In this document: in pieces, positions 36,396-50,276 of the stretch
How the letters are laid out: each line of letters opens with the position of its first letter
Numbering within the stretch: position 1 is the first letter of the stretch
From: Solirubrobacteraceae bacterium
GTDB taxonomy: Bacteria > Actinomycetota > Thermoleophilia > Solirubrobacterales > Solirubrobacteraceae
Length of the DNA stretch: 64,000 nt
NCBI GenBank assembly: GCA_035551655.1
Contig: DASZNA010000072.1
Coordinates: 5,526 to 69,525, forward strand
Reading direction: 5' to 3'
The notes under the pieces: model-generated
What the model saw: the letters and a program-made list of their open reading frames with translations, nothing else
What the model was told of the DNA's origin: nothing
Database searches by the model: none
Position numbers and translations under genes: made by a program

Positions 36396-37943
36396 GTGAT
36401 CAAACGAGCACTGAAGGCGCTCATCGTGATGGCTGGGCTGGCCATACCCGTGGCCGTGGGGTCAGCGGCGGCCGCAGGCGCCACCGTGGCCAGCCAGGCA
36501 TCCGCCCGTGCGAAGGCGGCCGGGGCGGGCGGAGGGCAGCCGGTCAGGGTGACCTATTGGGGAAATGGGCAGGGCGTACCGTCCGACTTCTTCGGCCTCT
36601 CCATCGAATACAACGAGCTTCCCACCTACGAGCAGTCCGGGCCGCTATTTGACCGGGTGCTCCACATGCTCCGGCCCGGCGCCGGGCATCCGCTGACCCT
36701 GCGGTTGGGCGGCAAATCGGCCGACCACATGCTCTGGGAGCCCGACCCCAAGACGGCCCCCAGTCTGAAGTCGCTGCCGGGCGGTGTCTTCGAGCTCGGG
36801 CAGACCTGGCTCAACAACCTCGCCCAGCTCGTCCGCACGGAGCACCTGCGGATCATCCTGGACCTGAATCTGGCTGTGCACTCGCCGACCATGGCGGCCA
36901 GCTTCGCTTCGGCCGTGCGCCACGCGCTCCCCGCCGGAGCGCTGGCCGGGCTGGAGATCGGCAACGAGCCGGACATGTACCACTTCCAGCCTCACCTGAC
37001 TCGGGAGCGAGTGGCTTCGACCAGTGCGAGCACCCCTCGACACTGGTGGAGCAATTACTCGAGCGGCAACTATCGACGCGACTACCTGAACTACGCCCGC
37101 GCTCTGCGTTCACGTCTGGGCGGCGTGACCCTCGGCGGCCCTGACATCACTCGCCCCAACCCTCCGTGGCTGACCGAGCTCACCCATCTGGGCCGCCTGA
37201 CCCCGAGGTTCCTGGCCATCCACAGGTACGGCGCGTCGGGTTGCTTTGCGCCGACCTCGTCGGCCTACCCGACAGTTTCCAACCTGCTGAGCAACGCCAA
37301 TGCAGAGGGCCTGGCGGCGTCCGTGGCCCCGTGGGTCCGCTACGCCCATGCGCGCGGCCTGGGGCTCAGGGTCAGCGAGATCAACTCAGTGAGCTGCGGG
37401 CGTGATGCCGGGGTGGCTAACTCCTTCGCCAGCGCCCTCTGGTCCTCGGACACGCTGTTCTCGATGCTCCGAGACGGCGTCAACGCCCTCAGCTGGCATA
37501 TCCGCCCGGGCACGATAAACGCCCCCTTCCACCTGACCCGGCACGGCCTGAAAGCCGAGCCGGAGCTATATAGCCTGGCGCTGTTCGCGGCAATGACCGA
37601 AGGGAAGGCCAGGCTGCTGCGCTCCAGCGCGACGAACGCAGGCTCAGACCACCTGTCGGTGTGGACGGTCAAGAGCGGTCGGACGTTCCGGGTGCTCTTG
37701 ATCAACAAGAGCTGGCACAACCTGAACGTCTCGCTCCGCGGCATCCGGCAGGTCCACAAGGCTCAGGTCCGCCATCTCAGCGCTCCCGGCGTTCACGCCA
37801 CGGGTGGCGTCACGTTCGCCGGTCAGCGGATCGGCAGCCAGGCGGAGTGGGACGGCAAGACGAAAGTGAAGACGGTGCGGCTGCGCAACCGGCACTACCA
37901 CCTGCAGGTCGCCCCCTACAGCATGGCTATGGTCACCTTCTGA
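36396..37943 (+). CDS. Secreted GH79-like glycoside hydrolase (beta-glucuronidase/heparanase-like)
   Basis: Signal peptide; FFGLSIEY, LRLGG, EIGNEPDMY (acid/base) and RVSEINS (nucleophile); start uncertain (36363 or 36396). Confidence 0.8.
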   Translation: MIKRALKALIVMAGLAIPVAVGSAAAAGATVASQASARAKAAGAGGGQPVRVTYWGNGQGVPSDFFGLSIEYNELPTYEQSGPLFDRVLHMLRPGAGHPLTLRLGGKSADHMLWEPDPKTAPSLKSLPGGVFELGQTWLNNLAQLVRTEHLRIILDLNLAVHSPTMAASFASAVRHALPAGALAGLEIGNEPDMYHFQPHLTRERVASTSASTPRHWWSNYSSGNYRRDYLNYARALRSRLGGVTLGGPDITRPNPPWLTELTHLGRLTPRFLAIHRYGASGCFAPTSSAYPTVSNLLSNANAEGLAASVAPWVRYAHARGLGLRVSEINSVSCGRDAGVANSFASALWSSDTLFSMLRDGVNALSWHIRPGTINAPFHLTRHGLKAEPELYSLALFAAMTEGKARLLRSSATNAGSDHLSVWTVKSGRTFRVLLINKSWHNLNVSLRGIRQVHKAQVRHLSAPGVHATGGVTFAGQRIGSQAEWDGKTKVKTVRLRNRHYHLQVAPYSMAMVTF

Positions 37944-38018
37944 TGAGGTGGTCGGGCCGCTGCAACTGAGCCGGAGCTGCCGGGCCCGCCCCATGGACAC
38001 GACGACCGGGAGGTCCCG

Positions 38019-38570
38019 ATGAAGGTGACGGTGGCTGGGAAGGGCAATGTCGGTGGAGGGCTGGCCGACCTGTGGGAGCGGGCCGGGCATGACGTGCAGC
38101 GACTGGGCCGCGAGGGCGGTGACGTCTCGAATTCGGAGGTCGTCCTGCTGGCCATGCCCGGTCCGGCGTTGGCCGACGCCCTGGAGAGCCTGCGCGGGAT
38201 TGACGGCAAGACGGTGATCGACGCCACCAACCTGATCGAGGCTGAGCCTCCGTCAGGTGCGGCTTCCAACGCGGAGTTCGTGTCCTCGCGCACGGGCGGA
38301 CCTACGGCCAAATCGTTCAACATCAACTTCGCCGCCCTGTACGACCGGATATCCGCCGCGGATACTCCGCCCGGAAACCTGTGGTGCGGCGACGAGGAGG
38401 CCCGCGACGCGGTTGAGCAGCTGAGTCGCGACGCCGGCTACGAGCCGATCTATGCCGGCGACCTGAGCCAGGCCGCTCTGCAGGAGAGCATGCTCCAGTT
38501 CGTGTTCGGCATCGCTCAGGGCGGGATGGGGCCGTTCTTCTACCGGATGGCTCCGCCCGACCGGTTCTAG
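38019..38570 (+). CDS. NADP oxidoreductase, F420-reductase-like family
   Basis: GKGNVGGG, VIDATN and AKSFN. Confidence 0.85.
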   Translation: MKVTVAGKGNVGGGLADLWERAGHDVQRLGREGGDVSNSEVVLLAMPGPALADALESLRGIDGKTVIDATNLIEAEPPSGAASNAEFVSSRTGGPTAKSFNINFAALYDRISAADTPPGNLWCGDEEARDAVEQLSRDAGYEPIYAGDLSQAALQESMLQFVFGIAQGGMGPFFYRMAPPDRF

Positions 38571-38598
38571 CCGTTCCGCCTGGCGGGTGGCCTCAGGG

Positions 38599-39063
38599 TC
38601 ACTCGCCCGGTGCCAGCTGGGCAGCCAGCGCCCGTAGGGCAGGGACCGCGGCCAGGAGCAAGCTCACCTGCTCGGAGGACAGCTCGGACAGGTGGCGCTC
38701 CAGGTGGCGTCCCCATTCCTGCTCTCGGATCCGCCGGGTAGCCGCCGCCTGCTGGGTGGGGGCCAGGCGGGTCACGCGGCCATCGCTCTCGTCTCCGTGG
38801 CGCTCGAGCAGCCCGCGCGCCACGAGCATCCGCACGGTGGCGCTGGCGTTACTCGGCTGCAGGCCGAGTTCCTCGGCCACCTCGCCCAGGTTTAGGCCGG
38901 GACGATCCACGACCAGGCGCAGGACCTCGAGCTCGGACGGCGGCAGCGGATCGAGCTCGGCCTCCACCTCCGCCCCCACCGTTCGGGGCAACGCCCAGGC
39001 CACATCGTGCAGCGCCACGGCCAGCTCCTCGGTCAGGATGGCAGAAGCGGCGGGACGGGCCAT
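38599..39063 (-). CDS. MarR-family regulator
   Basis: Winged HTH, DESDGRVTRL. Confidence 0.9.
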   Translation of the reverse strand: MARPAASAILTEELAVALHDVAWALPRTVGAEVEAELDPLPPSELEVLRLVVDRPGLNLGEVAEELGLQPSNASATVRMLVARGLLERHGDESDGRVTRLAPTQQAAATRRIREQEWGRHLERHLSELSSEQVSLLLAAVPALRALAAQLAPGE

Positions 39064-39147
39064 TGCCGCCTAAGCGTAATTGGTTCCTATAGCTATACCG
39101 CCATATACAACACAGGCCGGGCAGGGCCGGCGGCACTCATCGACCGA

Positions 39148-40329
39148 TCAGAGGCCCTCTAGGACCATGGCCAGGCCCTGACCGACGCCGATACAGATCG
39201 CCGCCACCCCGAACCCGCCCCCCCGGCGGTGCAGCTCGTGGGCCAGGCCTCCCAACACGCGCACCCCGGATGCGCCGAGCGGGTGGCCGATGGCGATCGC
39301 GCCGCCGTTCGGATTGACCTTGTCGGGTTCGAGGCCCGTCCACTGGCCGATATCAGCCAGGCACTGGGAGGCAAAAGCCTCGTTGAGCTCCACCACGTCG
39401 ACGTCATCCCAGCCGATCCCGGCCCGTCGCAGCGCCATCTCGGCCGCCTCAACCGGAGCGATCCCGAAGATGTCGGGATCGACGCCGGCCACCCCGCGCG
39501 ACACCACCCGCGCGATCGGTTCCCGTCCGCAGGCGGCCGCTCCTTCGGCGGAAGCCATCAGCAGGGCGCCGGCCCCGTCGTTCAATGACGAGGAGTTGCC
39601 CGCCGTCACCGTTCCTCCCTCCACAAAGGCCGGTTTCAAGCGGGCCAGCTTCTCAAGCGTTGTGTCGGCGCGGATGTTCTCGTCGCGTTCCAGCTCGACA
39701 CCCGGGACCGGGACCACCCATTCTGAGTAGAACCCGGAGTCCCACGCCGTCGCTGCGCGCTGGTGGCTGCGCAGGGCGAACTCGTCCTGGGCCTGCCTCG
39801 TGATCTCGTACATGCCGGCCAGCTTCTCGGCGCTGGCGCCCAGCGAGATCGTCCACTGCTCGGGCATGGACGGGTTGACCATCCGCCAGCCCAATGTCGT
39901 CGAGTGCAGCGTCTCGGGCCCGCGCGGGAACCCGCGCTCGGGCTTCAGGAGCACCCATGGGGCGCGGCTCATCGACTCCACGCCTCCCACCACGGTCACC
40001 GCGGCATCGCCGGTCTCGACCAGCCGGCTCGCCTGCATGGCCGCATCCAGGCTCGAGCCGCACAGCCGGTTGATCGTGGCCCCCGGGAGGCTCGTGGGCA
40101 GACCAGCCAGCAGCACCGCCATGCGGGCCACGTTGCGATTGTCCTCGCCGGCCGCGTTGGCGTCTCCGAACAGCACATCGTCAATTTGCTCCGGATCGAG
40201 ATCGGGGGAGCGTTCCACCAACGCCCCCAGGGCCCGAGCGGCCAGGTCGTCCGGCCTTACTCCGGCCAGCGCGCCGCCATAGCGCCCGAACGGGGTGCGC
40301 ACGGCATCGAGGATGTACGCGTCGGTCAT
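39148..40329 (-). CDS. Thiolase (acetyl-CoA C-acyltransferase, PcaF-like)
   Basis: NRLCGSS, NEAFA, GHPLGASG and CIGVGQG. Confidence 0.95.
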   Translation of the reverse strand: MTDAYILDAVRTPFGRYGGALAGVRPDDLAARALGALVERSPDLDPEQIDDVLFGDANAAGEDNRNVARMAVLLAGLPTSLPGATINRLCGSSLDAAMQASRLVETGDAAVTVVGGVESMSRAPWVLLKPERGFPRGPETLHSTTLGWRMVNPSMPEQWTISLGASAEKLAGMYEITRQAQDEFALRSHQRAATAWDSGFYSEWVVPVPGVELERDENIRADTTLEKLARLKPAFVEGGTVTAGNSSSLNDGAGALLMASAEGAAACGREPIARVVSRGVAGVDPDIFGIAPVEAAEMALRRAGIGWDDVDVVELNEAFASQCLADIGQWTGLEPDKVNPNGGAIAIGHPLGASGVRVLGGLAHELHRRGGGFGVAAICIGVGQGLAMVLEGL

Positions 40330-40411
40330 CGGCTCACCCATTATCCGATGGTGCGCCGGTAGGCTGCGGGGTCATGTCCCCAGGCCTCCATCCCACCAGC
40401 GAGGAGGACGG

Positions 40412-44342
<3,931 letters not shown>

Positions 44343-44485
44343 GTGAGAGTCAACTTACCCCACGGGCAAACTTCCACTCAGGAAACTTTTATACCGACTG
44401 CAAACTTTTCTTCGATACTCTCCGCTGGCTGCTCCCGGGGGCGGTCGGCCGGCAGGAAACCGTCGCCCCACGACCGAAAGGCAAG

Positions 44486-45430
44486 ATGATCGAGGTCGAT
44501 CACGTGACCAAGCGCTACGGCGAAAAGGTCGCGATCGAAGATTTGACGTTCCGCGTCCAGCCCGGCGTCATCACCGGCTTTCTCGGACCCAACGGCGCCG
44601 GCAAGTCCACGACGATGCGGGTGATCCTTGGTCTCGACCGGGCGGACGCCGGTGCCGCCACGGTCAACGGACGTCCGTACCGGGACCTCCGCGCCCCGCT
44701 GCACGACGTTGGCGCGATGCTCGAGGCCCGGGCCATCCACACCGGTCGCTCCGCCTATAACCACCTGCTGGCGATGGCCCAGACTCACGGCATCGCCCGC
44801 AGCCGGGTGACCGAGGTGATTGAGATGGTCGGCCTCGAGCAGGTGGCCCGCAAGCGGGCAGGCGGATTCTCGCTGGGTATGGGTCAACGGTTGGGGATCG
44901 CCGCGGCGCTACTCGGGGACCCGGAGATCCTGATCCTCGACGAGCCGGCCAACGGGCTTGATCCCGAGGGCATCCTGTGGATCCGCACACTCCTCAAGCG
45001 CCTGGCCGCCGAGGGGCGCACCGTGTTCCTGTCCTCGCATCTGATGGCCGAGATGGCTCAGACCGCCGAGCACCTGGTGGTGATCGGCAAGGGCCGGCTG
45101 ATCGCCGACACCACCGTGTCCGAGGTGGTGGCCCAGGCCTCCCTGGGGACGACCGTCCGGGTGCGCACCCCGGATCCGGAGGGTTTGCGGCGCGCCCTAG
45201 CCCGCGACGGCGTCCAGATCAGCGGGCGAGAGCGCGACGTGCTGGCCGTGAATGGCCTGAGCAGCGCCGAGGTGGGTGAGGCCGCCGCCGCAGTTGGCGT
45301 GGTTCTCCACGAGCTGGTGGCCGAGCAGGCTTCACTCGAGCAGGCGTTCATGGCTCTGACCGGAGGCCAGGTCGAGTTTCACGCCGGGGCTCCGAGCACT
45401 GATGGGACCGCCCAGGAGGTGGCGGCATGA
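44486..45430 (+). CDS. ABC transporter ATP-binding protein
   Basis: GPNGAGKST, FSLGMGQR and ILDEP. Confidence 0.95.
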   Translation: MIEVDHVTKRYGEKVAIEDLTFRVQPGVITGFLGPNGAGKSTTMRVILGLDRADAGAATVNGRPYRDLRAPLHDVGAMLEARAIHTGRSAYNHLLAMAQTHGIARSRVTEVIEMVGLEQVARKRAGGFSLGMGQRLGIAAALLGDPEILILDEPANGLDPEGILWIRTLLKRLAAEGRTVFLSSHLMAEMAQTAEHLVVIGKGRLIADTTVSEVVAQASLGTTVRVRTPDPEGLRRALARDGVQISGRERDVLAVNGLSSAEVGEAAAAVGVVLHELVAEQASLEQAFMALTGGQVEFHAGAPSTDGTAQEVAA

Positions 45431-46260
45431 GTGCCGTCGGCGTCAGCGAGCCTCCCGCGCGAACCACGACCCCCGAGCATGGCGTCACGCTGGCCGGTGT
45501 GCTGCGGTCCGAGTGGACGAAGCTCTGGACCCTGCGCTCCACCCGGTGGTCGCTCCTCTTCGCGTTCGTGGCGATGGCCGGCCTCGGGCCCCTGGTCGCG
45601 GCCGTTCAGATGTCCCGGTGGTCTCAGCTGCAGGCCCATGATCGTCTCACCTACGACTCCCTCAACACCGCCGTGGGCGGCTACCACCTCTCCCAGCTGG
45701 CCATTGGGGTGCTGGGCGTGCTCGTGATCAGTGGCGAGTACTCCACCGGGATGATCCGCTCGAGCCTCATGGCCGTGCCGCGACGCCTGCCCGTCCTGTG
45801 GTCCAAAGTGATCGTGTTCGCGATCGTGAGCTTCGTGCTCATGCTGATCGCGTCGCTGATCTCTTTCTACGCCGTCCAGGCGATCGTCACCCAGCATCAC
45901 GTGCAGCACTCGCTCGGCGATCCGGGAGCGCTGCGCACGGTGATCGGCGCCGCCCTCTTCCAGACCGGGCTGGGCGTCCTGTGCGTCGGGCTGGGGGCGA
46001 TCCTGCGCAACACCGCGGGTGGGATCGCCACGTTCGTCGGCCTGCTGTTCGTGCTTCCGGGGATCAGCGCCATCCTCCCGGCCAGCGTCGACAACGCCAT
46101 CTCTCCCTACCTGCCACTGAGCGCCGGGACGACGGTGGCCAGTCACACGTTCGACAACCCGCACCACCTGACCATCTGGGGCGGCTTCGGCCTGTTCTGC
46201 GCCTACGCAGCGCTGGCGGTCGTCCTCGGAGCGGTCAACCTGTTGCGGCGCGACGCCTGA
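45427..46260 (+). CDS. ABC-2 type permease
   Basis: SEWTKLWTLRST and GEYSTGMIR; about 6 TM; ATGA overlap. Confidence 0.92.
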   Translation: MSAVGVSEPPARTTTPEHGVTLAGVLRSEWTKLWTLRSTRWSLLFAFVAMAGLGPLVAAVQMSRWSQLQAHDRLTYDSLNTAVGGYHLSQLAIGVLGVLVISGEYSTGMIRSSLMAVPRRLPVLWSKVIVFAIVSFVLMLIASLISFYAVQAIVTQHHVQHSLGDPGALRTVIGAALFQTGLGVLCVGLGAILRNTAGGIATFVGLLFVLPGISAILPASVDNAISPYLPLSAGTTVASHTFDNPHHLTIWGGFGLFCAYAALAVVLGAVNLLRRDA

Positions 46261-46272
46261 CGCACGCGGCGG

Positions 46273-46647
46273 TCAGTACTGCTTGCGGATTGACTGAAGG
46301 ACAGTGATCGTGTCCTCCTCGTCCGATGCGTAGGCCGCCATGCAGCCGGTGTTGATCGCACTCTCGATCGCCGCCACGCTGGATGCCCCGTCGGCCAGCG
46401 ACCCGTGCCGGCGGACGTACTGCCGGGCGTAGGCCGCCTGTTTGGTCTGGTTGGTGGAGCCCCACTGCGAGCAGGCCGTGGAGTCCGTGACCGCGCCCGC
46501 CTTGGGCCCGAGCACCGCCACCAGCAGCATCACGGCGAGGATCACCAGCACCGCTAGCGCGGCGAGCGCGAACCAGCGATAGCGGGAAACCAGAGACCAC
46601 AGTCTGAGGTCTTCCGGCTTATAGCTCTGCGGAGCCTCGACAGCCAT
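46273..46647 (-). CDS. Hypothetical membrane-anchored protein with two Cys
   Basis: N-terminal TM, CSQW...TGC; good codon bias. Confidence 0.7.
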   Translation of the reverse strand: MAVEAPQSYKPEDLRLWSLVSRYRWFALAALAVLVILAVMLLVAVLGPKAGAVTDSTACSQWGSTNQTKQAAYARQYVRRHGSLADGASSVAAIESAINTGCMAAYASDEEDTITVLQSIRKQY

Positions 46648-46688
46648 ACCCTCGCGGCAAACCTTACGCCCTTAGGTCCCGTGACACC

Positions 46689-47321
46689 ATGCCGGCAGTG
46701 CAGAGCATCGATGACCAGATGCGGGAGGCGGCGGAGACCGCGGCGGGGCTGGTCGCACCCGGAATGCGGGTTGGGCTGGGGACGGGTCGCACCGTGGCCT
46801 GGCTGCTCCAGGCGATCGGCCGTCGCTCGCTCGCCGGCCTGCGCTGCGTGGCCACGTCCCCGGAGACCGAGCAGGCGGCCCGGGAGCTGGGGATCCCGGT
46901 CGAGCCCTTCGATCGGCTCGACCGTCTCGACATCGCCATCGACGGGGCCGATCAGGTCACGGCTGAGCACTGGGCCATCAAAGGTGGGCATGGTGCCCAC
47001 CTGCGTGAGAAGATCGTCGCCGCGGCGGCGGACCGGTTCGTGGTGATCGTCTCAGCCGACAAGCTGGTCGAGGCTTTGCAACCGCCCGTGCCGCTCGAGC
47101 TGGAGCGCTTCGGCCTGCCGGCCACGCTGCGGGCGGTGGGGCCGGCCCAGGTCCGGGCCGACGCCCCGGTCACTCCGGACGGCGGCGTCCTGGCTGATTA
47201 CCGCGGCCCGGTAGGGGACCCGTCCGAGCTGGCTCACCGCTTTGAAAACACTCCTGGCGTCATGGGGCACGGCCTGTTCGGGCCCGACCTGGTGCGTGAC
47301 GTAATCGTCGGCGGCGCATGA
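46689..47321 (+). CDS. rpiA: Ribose-5-phosphate isomerase A
   Basis: GLGTGRT, AIDGADQV, IKGGHGAHLREK and GHGLF. Confidence 0.93.
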   Translation: MPAVQSIDDQMREAAETAAGLVAPGMRVGLGTGRTVAWLLQAIGRRSLAGLRCVATSPETEQAARELGIPVEPFDRLDRLDIAIDGADQVTAEHWAIKGGHGAHLREKIVAAAADRFVVIVSADKLVEALQPPVPLELERFGLPATLRAVGPAQVRADAPVTPDGGVLADYRGPVGDPSELAHRFENTPGVMGHGLFGPDLVRDVIVGGA

Positions 47322-47331
47322 GCGCCCGGCA

Positions 47332-48108
47332 CTAAGCCGTCATGCGAATGTCCTGGAGCGGTGCCGGCTTGATCCCGAACGGGCCGGTGAACGGCCGGTC
47401 CTGCGAGAGGATCAGGATCAACGACAGTCCCACTGCCGTGGCGAATATGGCCAGGGCGATCATGGCCGTGCCCCGTTGGGCCGCATGCATGCAGGCAATG
47501 TAGGCCAGCAGCAGGAATCCGAGCGCGATCACCCCGAACCATTTCACCGCGTTGATCTGGGAATGACTGACGATGATCCGCTCGCGTCGAGCGTCAAGCG
47601 CGCTCTGGATCTGACTGACCAATTGGCGCTGGGCCTCGATCTCGCCTGATCCGTGAGGGTGCAGGTGGAACGCCAGCAACAGCGCTGACCTGAGCGGGCC
47701 CGGGACGGATTGAAGCGATGCGGTTCCGTTCCTCATGGCCGGCCAGTCCACCTTCACGTCCTCCTCGACCTGGTGGCTCACCAGAATCCGCATCTCGCGG
47801 CGAGTCGACTCAGAAAACACGTCGCTCAGCAGCACCGCCGCTCGCATCGAACTGGCTTCCGTGTTGACGGCCGTCTGAGCGATGCTCGCGTTGCTCCAGA
47901 TGCCCGAGGCCAGAAAGGCCACGATCAGCCCAAATACCACGCCAAGCGGCGAGAGCAGGCCGGGGGAGAGACTCGTGAACGTGTTCGCCCGACCTGATGC
48001 GGACAGCCCCATCACCACCAGATAAATGACTCCAGCCATCGCGTAGGTGGCCGCGAGGACGACGACGACTATCAGCACAGTGGGGAGTGAGAGCAGCCAG
48101 TTGATCAT
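47332..48108 (-). CDS. DUF4239 (bestrophin-like) membrane protein
   Basis: GVVFGLIVAF..W, ARRERI and DRPFTG. Confidence 0.8.
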   Translation of the reverse strand: MINWLLSLPTVLIVVVVLAATYAMAGVIYLVVMGLSASGRANTFTSLSPGLLSPLGVVFGLIVAFLASGIWSNASIAQTAVNTEASSMRAAVLLSDVFSESTRREMRILVSHQVEEDVKVDWPAMRNGTASLQSVPGPLRSALLLAFHLHPHGSGEIEAQRQLVSQIQSALDARRERIIVSHSQINAVKWFGVIALGFLLLAYIACMHAAQRGTAMIALAIFATAVGLSLILILSQDRPFTGPFGIKPAPLQDIRMTA

Positions 48109-48180
48109 GGGTCAATTAACCCCTGCGGGACAGTACTGGCGAGGTCGCTGGGTCGTAGCCCGGCGCGGCCGATGCCCCCG

Positions 48181-48504
48181 TCAGCCGCCCGTCAGCCGCC
48201 TTGGCGCCTTATGTTCCCACGCATCGGCCAGGAGCTCGCGAACCAGCTGCTCGTCGGCCACGGCCAGGTCGACCTGCGCCGCCGCCAGCCGCTTTCCCCA
48301 CCAGAAGTCCTGACAGCTGCCCGGGGCGGCCTCCACAGCGGTCCGGATGCCCGCCTCATCCAGCATCACGTTCATGTGCTCCACATCCCACAGGGTCGCG
48401 AAGATCCGGCCCGATACCCGGAACGACGGCCGTCCGTGATGGTCCTGCTCGACACTTTCGGGCAGGGCCAGCGCGAGCTGCCGGACGCGGTTTTGCGAGA
48501 CCAC
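48181..48504 (-). CDS. MmcQ/YjbR-family protein
   Basis: LALALPE, PSFRVSGRIFATL and LADAW..KAP. Confidence 0.88.
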   Translation of the reverse strand: MVSQNRVRQLALALPESVEQDHHGRPSFRVSGRIFATLWDVEHMNVMLDEAGIRTAVEAAPGSCQDFWWGKRLAAAQVDLAVADEQLVRELLADAWEHKAPRRLTGG

Positions 48505-48638
48505 TAGCCGGCAGGAGCTTCGTCAGGGGTCAAAGCGGAGGAAGCGATCCATGTAGAAGTTACATTTCGGCGCAACTCCCGCGATGTAGCGTCCGGTCTC
48601 TTGAGACCATGAGGGTCTGGAGGAGTCAGGAGGTCGCA

Positions 48639-50117
48639 GTGGCTGAGGTGCAGACGGGACACGGGCAGACGCCCGCGCCGGAGCATGCGCTCGACAGGAA
48701 CTCGCTGGGGTTCCTCGACGCGATCGTCATGGCGGTGGCCGGAAGCGCGCCGGCCTACTCGATCGCCGCTACGACGGCCGCCATCGTGGCCGCCGTGGGC
48801 TTCGCCGCCCCGGCGGCGCTGCTGTATTGCGGGATCCCGATGATGGGCATCGCGATCGCCTATCACCACCTCAACAAGGTCGGCGCCAACGCGGGCGCGG
48901 CGTATGCCTGGGTCGGTCGGGTCCTGCACCCGGTACTCGGCTTCTTCTCCGGCTGGGCCCTGGTCGTCTCGGCCACGATCTTCATGGTGGCCGGATCGCT
49001 GCCGGCCGGCTCGGTCACGCTGTCGCTGTTCTCCAACCACCTGGCCAACGAGACAGGGTGGGTGACGGCGGTGGGTGCCGTCTGGTTCCTGGTCATGGCC
49101 TACTTCGTCGCCCGTGGCGTGCGTTTGACCGCCAACGCCCAGTGGATCATGTCCGGCATCGAAGTGTTCCTCCTGTTGCTGTTCATCGTCCTGGGGATCG
49201 TCCACGCTGGCAACCACGCGCACGTCAGCTTCTCCTGGTCCTGGCTGGGCTTCTCGCATTTCACCGGGTTCGGCGTGTTCGTCAGTGGCGCCCTGATCGC
49301 CGCCTTCTACTACTGGGGCTGGGATGTGGCGTCGAACCTGAACGAGGAAACTGAGAACAGCGAACGGTCCTCGGGCATCGGCGGGATCGTCGGCGTGATC
49401 ATCGTGTTCCTGCTCTTCGAGCTGTTCACGATCGTCATCAACATGGACCTGTCCTCCAGCACGATCCAGAACAACAGTGGCGACGTGCTGTCAATCTTGG
49501 GTCAGAAGGTGTGGCCGGGCATCGGCGGCAAGCTGCTGATCATCGCGGTGATGCTCTCGACCGTGGCCACCCTGGAGACCACGCTGATTCAGGTCACGCG
49601 GTCCCTGTTCGCGATGTCTCGGGAGCGCACGCTGCCTCGGGTCCTCGGCGAGGTGCATTCGCAATGGCGCACCCCGGTGGCCGCCACAGCCGTGGTCGTC
49701 GTCGTGTCCCTGAGCCTGTTCGTGCTGTCGAACTTCATCGGCTCGGTGGGCACCGTCCTCAGTGACGCGATCTCGGCGATCGGGCTGCAGATCGCCATCT
49801 ACTACGGGTTGGCCGGGCTGGCCGCCGTGGTCGCGTTCCGCCGACACCTGTTCGATTCGGTGTTCAACTTCGTGTTCATGGGCGTGTTCCCGCTGGTCGG
49901 CGCGGTGTTCATGTTCTGGATCTTCGGCGAGTCCATCCCCAATCTCGGATTCACCATCGACGCGATCGGCCTGGGGGCGATGGCGCTGGGGTTCATCCCG
50001 CTGATCGTCTACTGGCGGCGCAGCGCCTACCTGCACGAGACTCCGACCCTCGGCCGGATCGATCCGGACGCGGAGCCAGCCCCGGGGGTCGAGCCCGAAC
50101 TTCTGATCCCGGGCTGA
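48639..50117 (+). CDS. APC-family amino acid permease
   Basis: About 12 TM; AGSAPAYS and YYWGWD..EET; GTG at 48639 after AGGAGG. Confidence 0.9.
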   Translation: MAEVQTGHGQTPAPEHALDRNSLGFLDAIVMAVAGSAPAYSIAATTAAIVAAVGFAAPAALLYCGIPMMGIAIAYHHLNKVGANAGAAYAWVGRVLHPVLGFFSGWALVVSATIFMVAGSLPAGSVTLSLFSNHLANETGWVTAVGAVWFLVMAYFVARGVRLTANAQWIMSGIEVFLLLLFIVLGIVHAGNHAHVSFSWSWLGFSHFTGFGVFVSGALIAAFYYWGWDVASNLNEETENSERSSGIGGIVGVIIVFLLFELFTIVINMDLSSSTIQNNSGDVLSILGQKVWPGIGGKLLIIAVMLSTVATLETTLIQVTRSLFAMSRERTLPRVLGEVHSQWRTPVAATAVVVVVSLSLFVLSNFIGSVGTVLSDAISAIGLQIAIYYGLAGLAAVVAFRRHLFDSVFNFVFMGVFPLVGAVFMFWIFGESIPNLGFTIDAIGLGAMALGFIPLIVYWRRSAYLHETPTLGRIDPDAEPAPGVEPELLIPG

Positions 50118-50276
50118 TTGCCGCCGGCCGGCCAGCCGGCGGCATTGGTTAGCGATCAAACCCCGCGACGGGGAACCGACGCGGATCGCGGGTGCGCCGT
50201 TTAGGGTGCCTTCCGGTGCCGCTGGCCCGCGGGCTGACGGCGCCGGCAGAGGAATCACCCAGCGGGAGGAATTCGG

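Noticed and set aside
48551-48565. ATGTA-GAAGT-TACAT palindrome upstream of the APC permease as a fourth Crp site
   Set aside because: Spacing does not fit GTAA-N6-TTAC; it may be another operator but is unsupported
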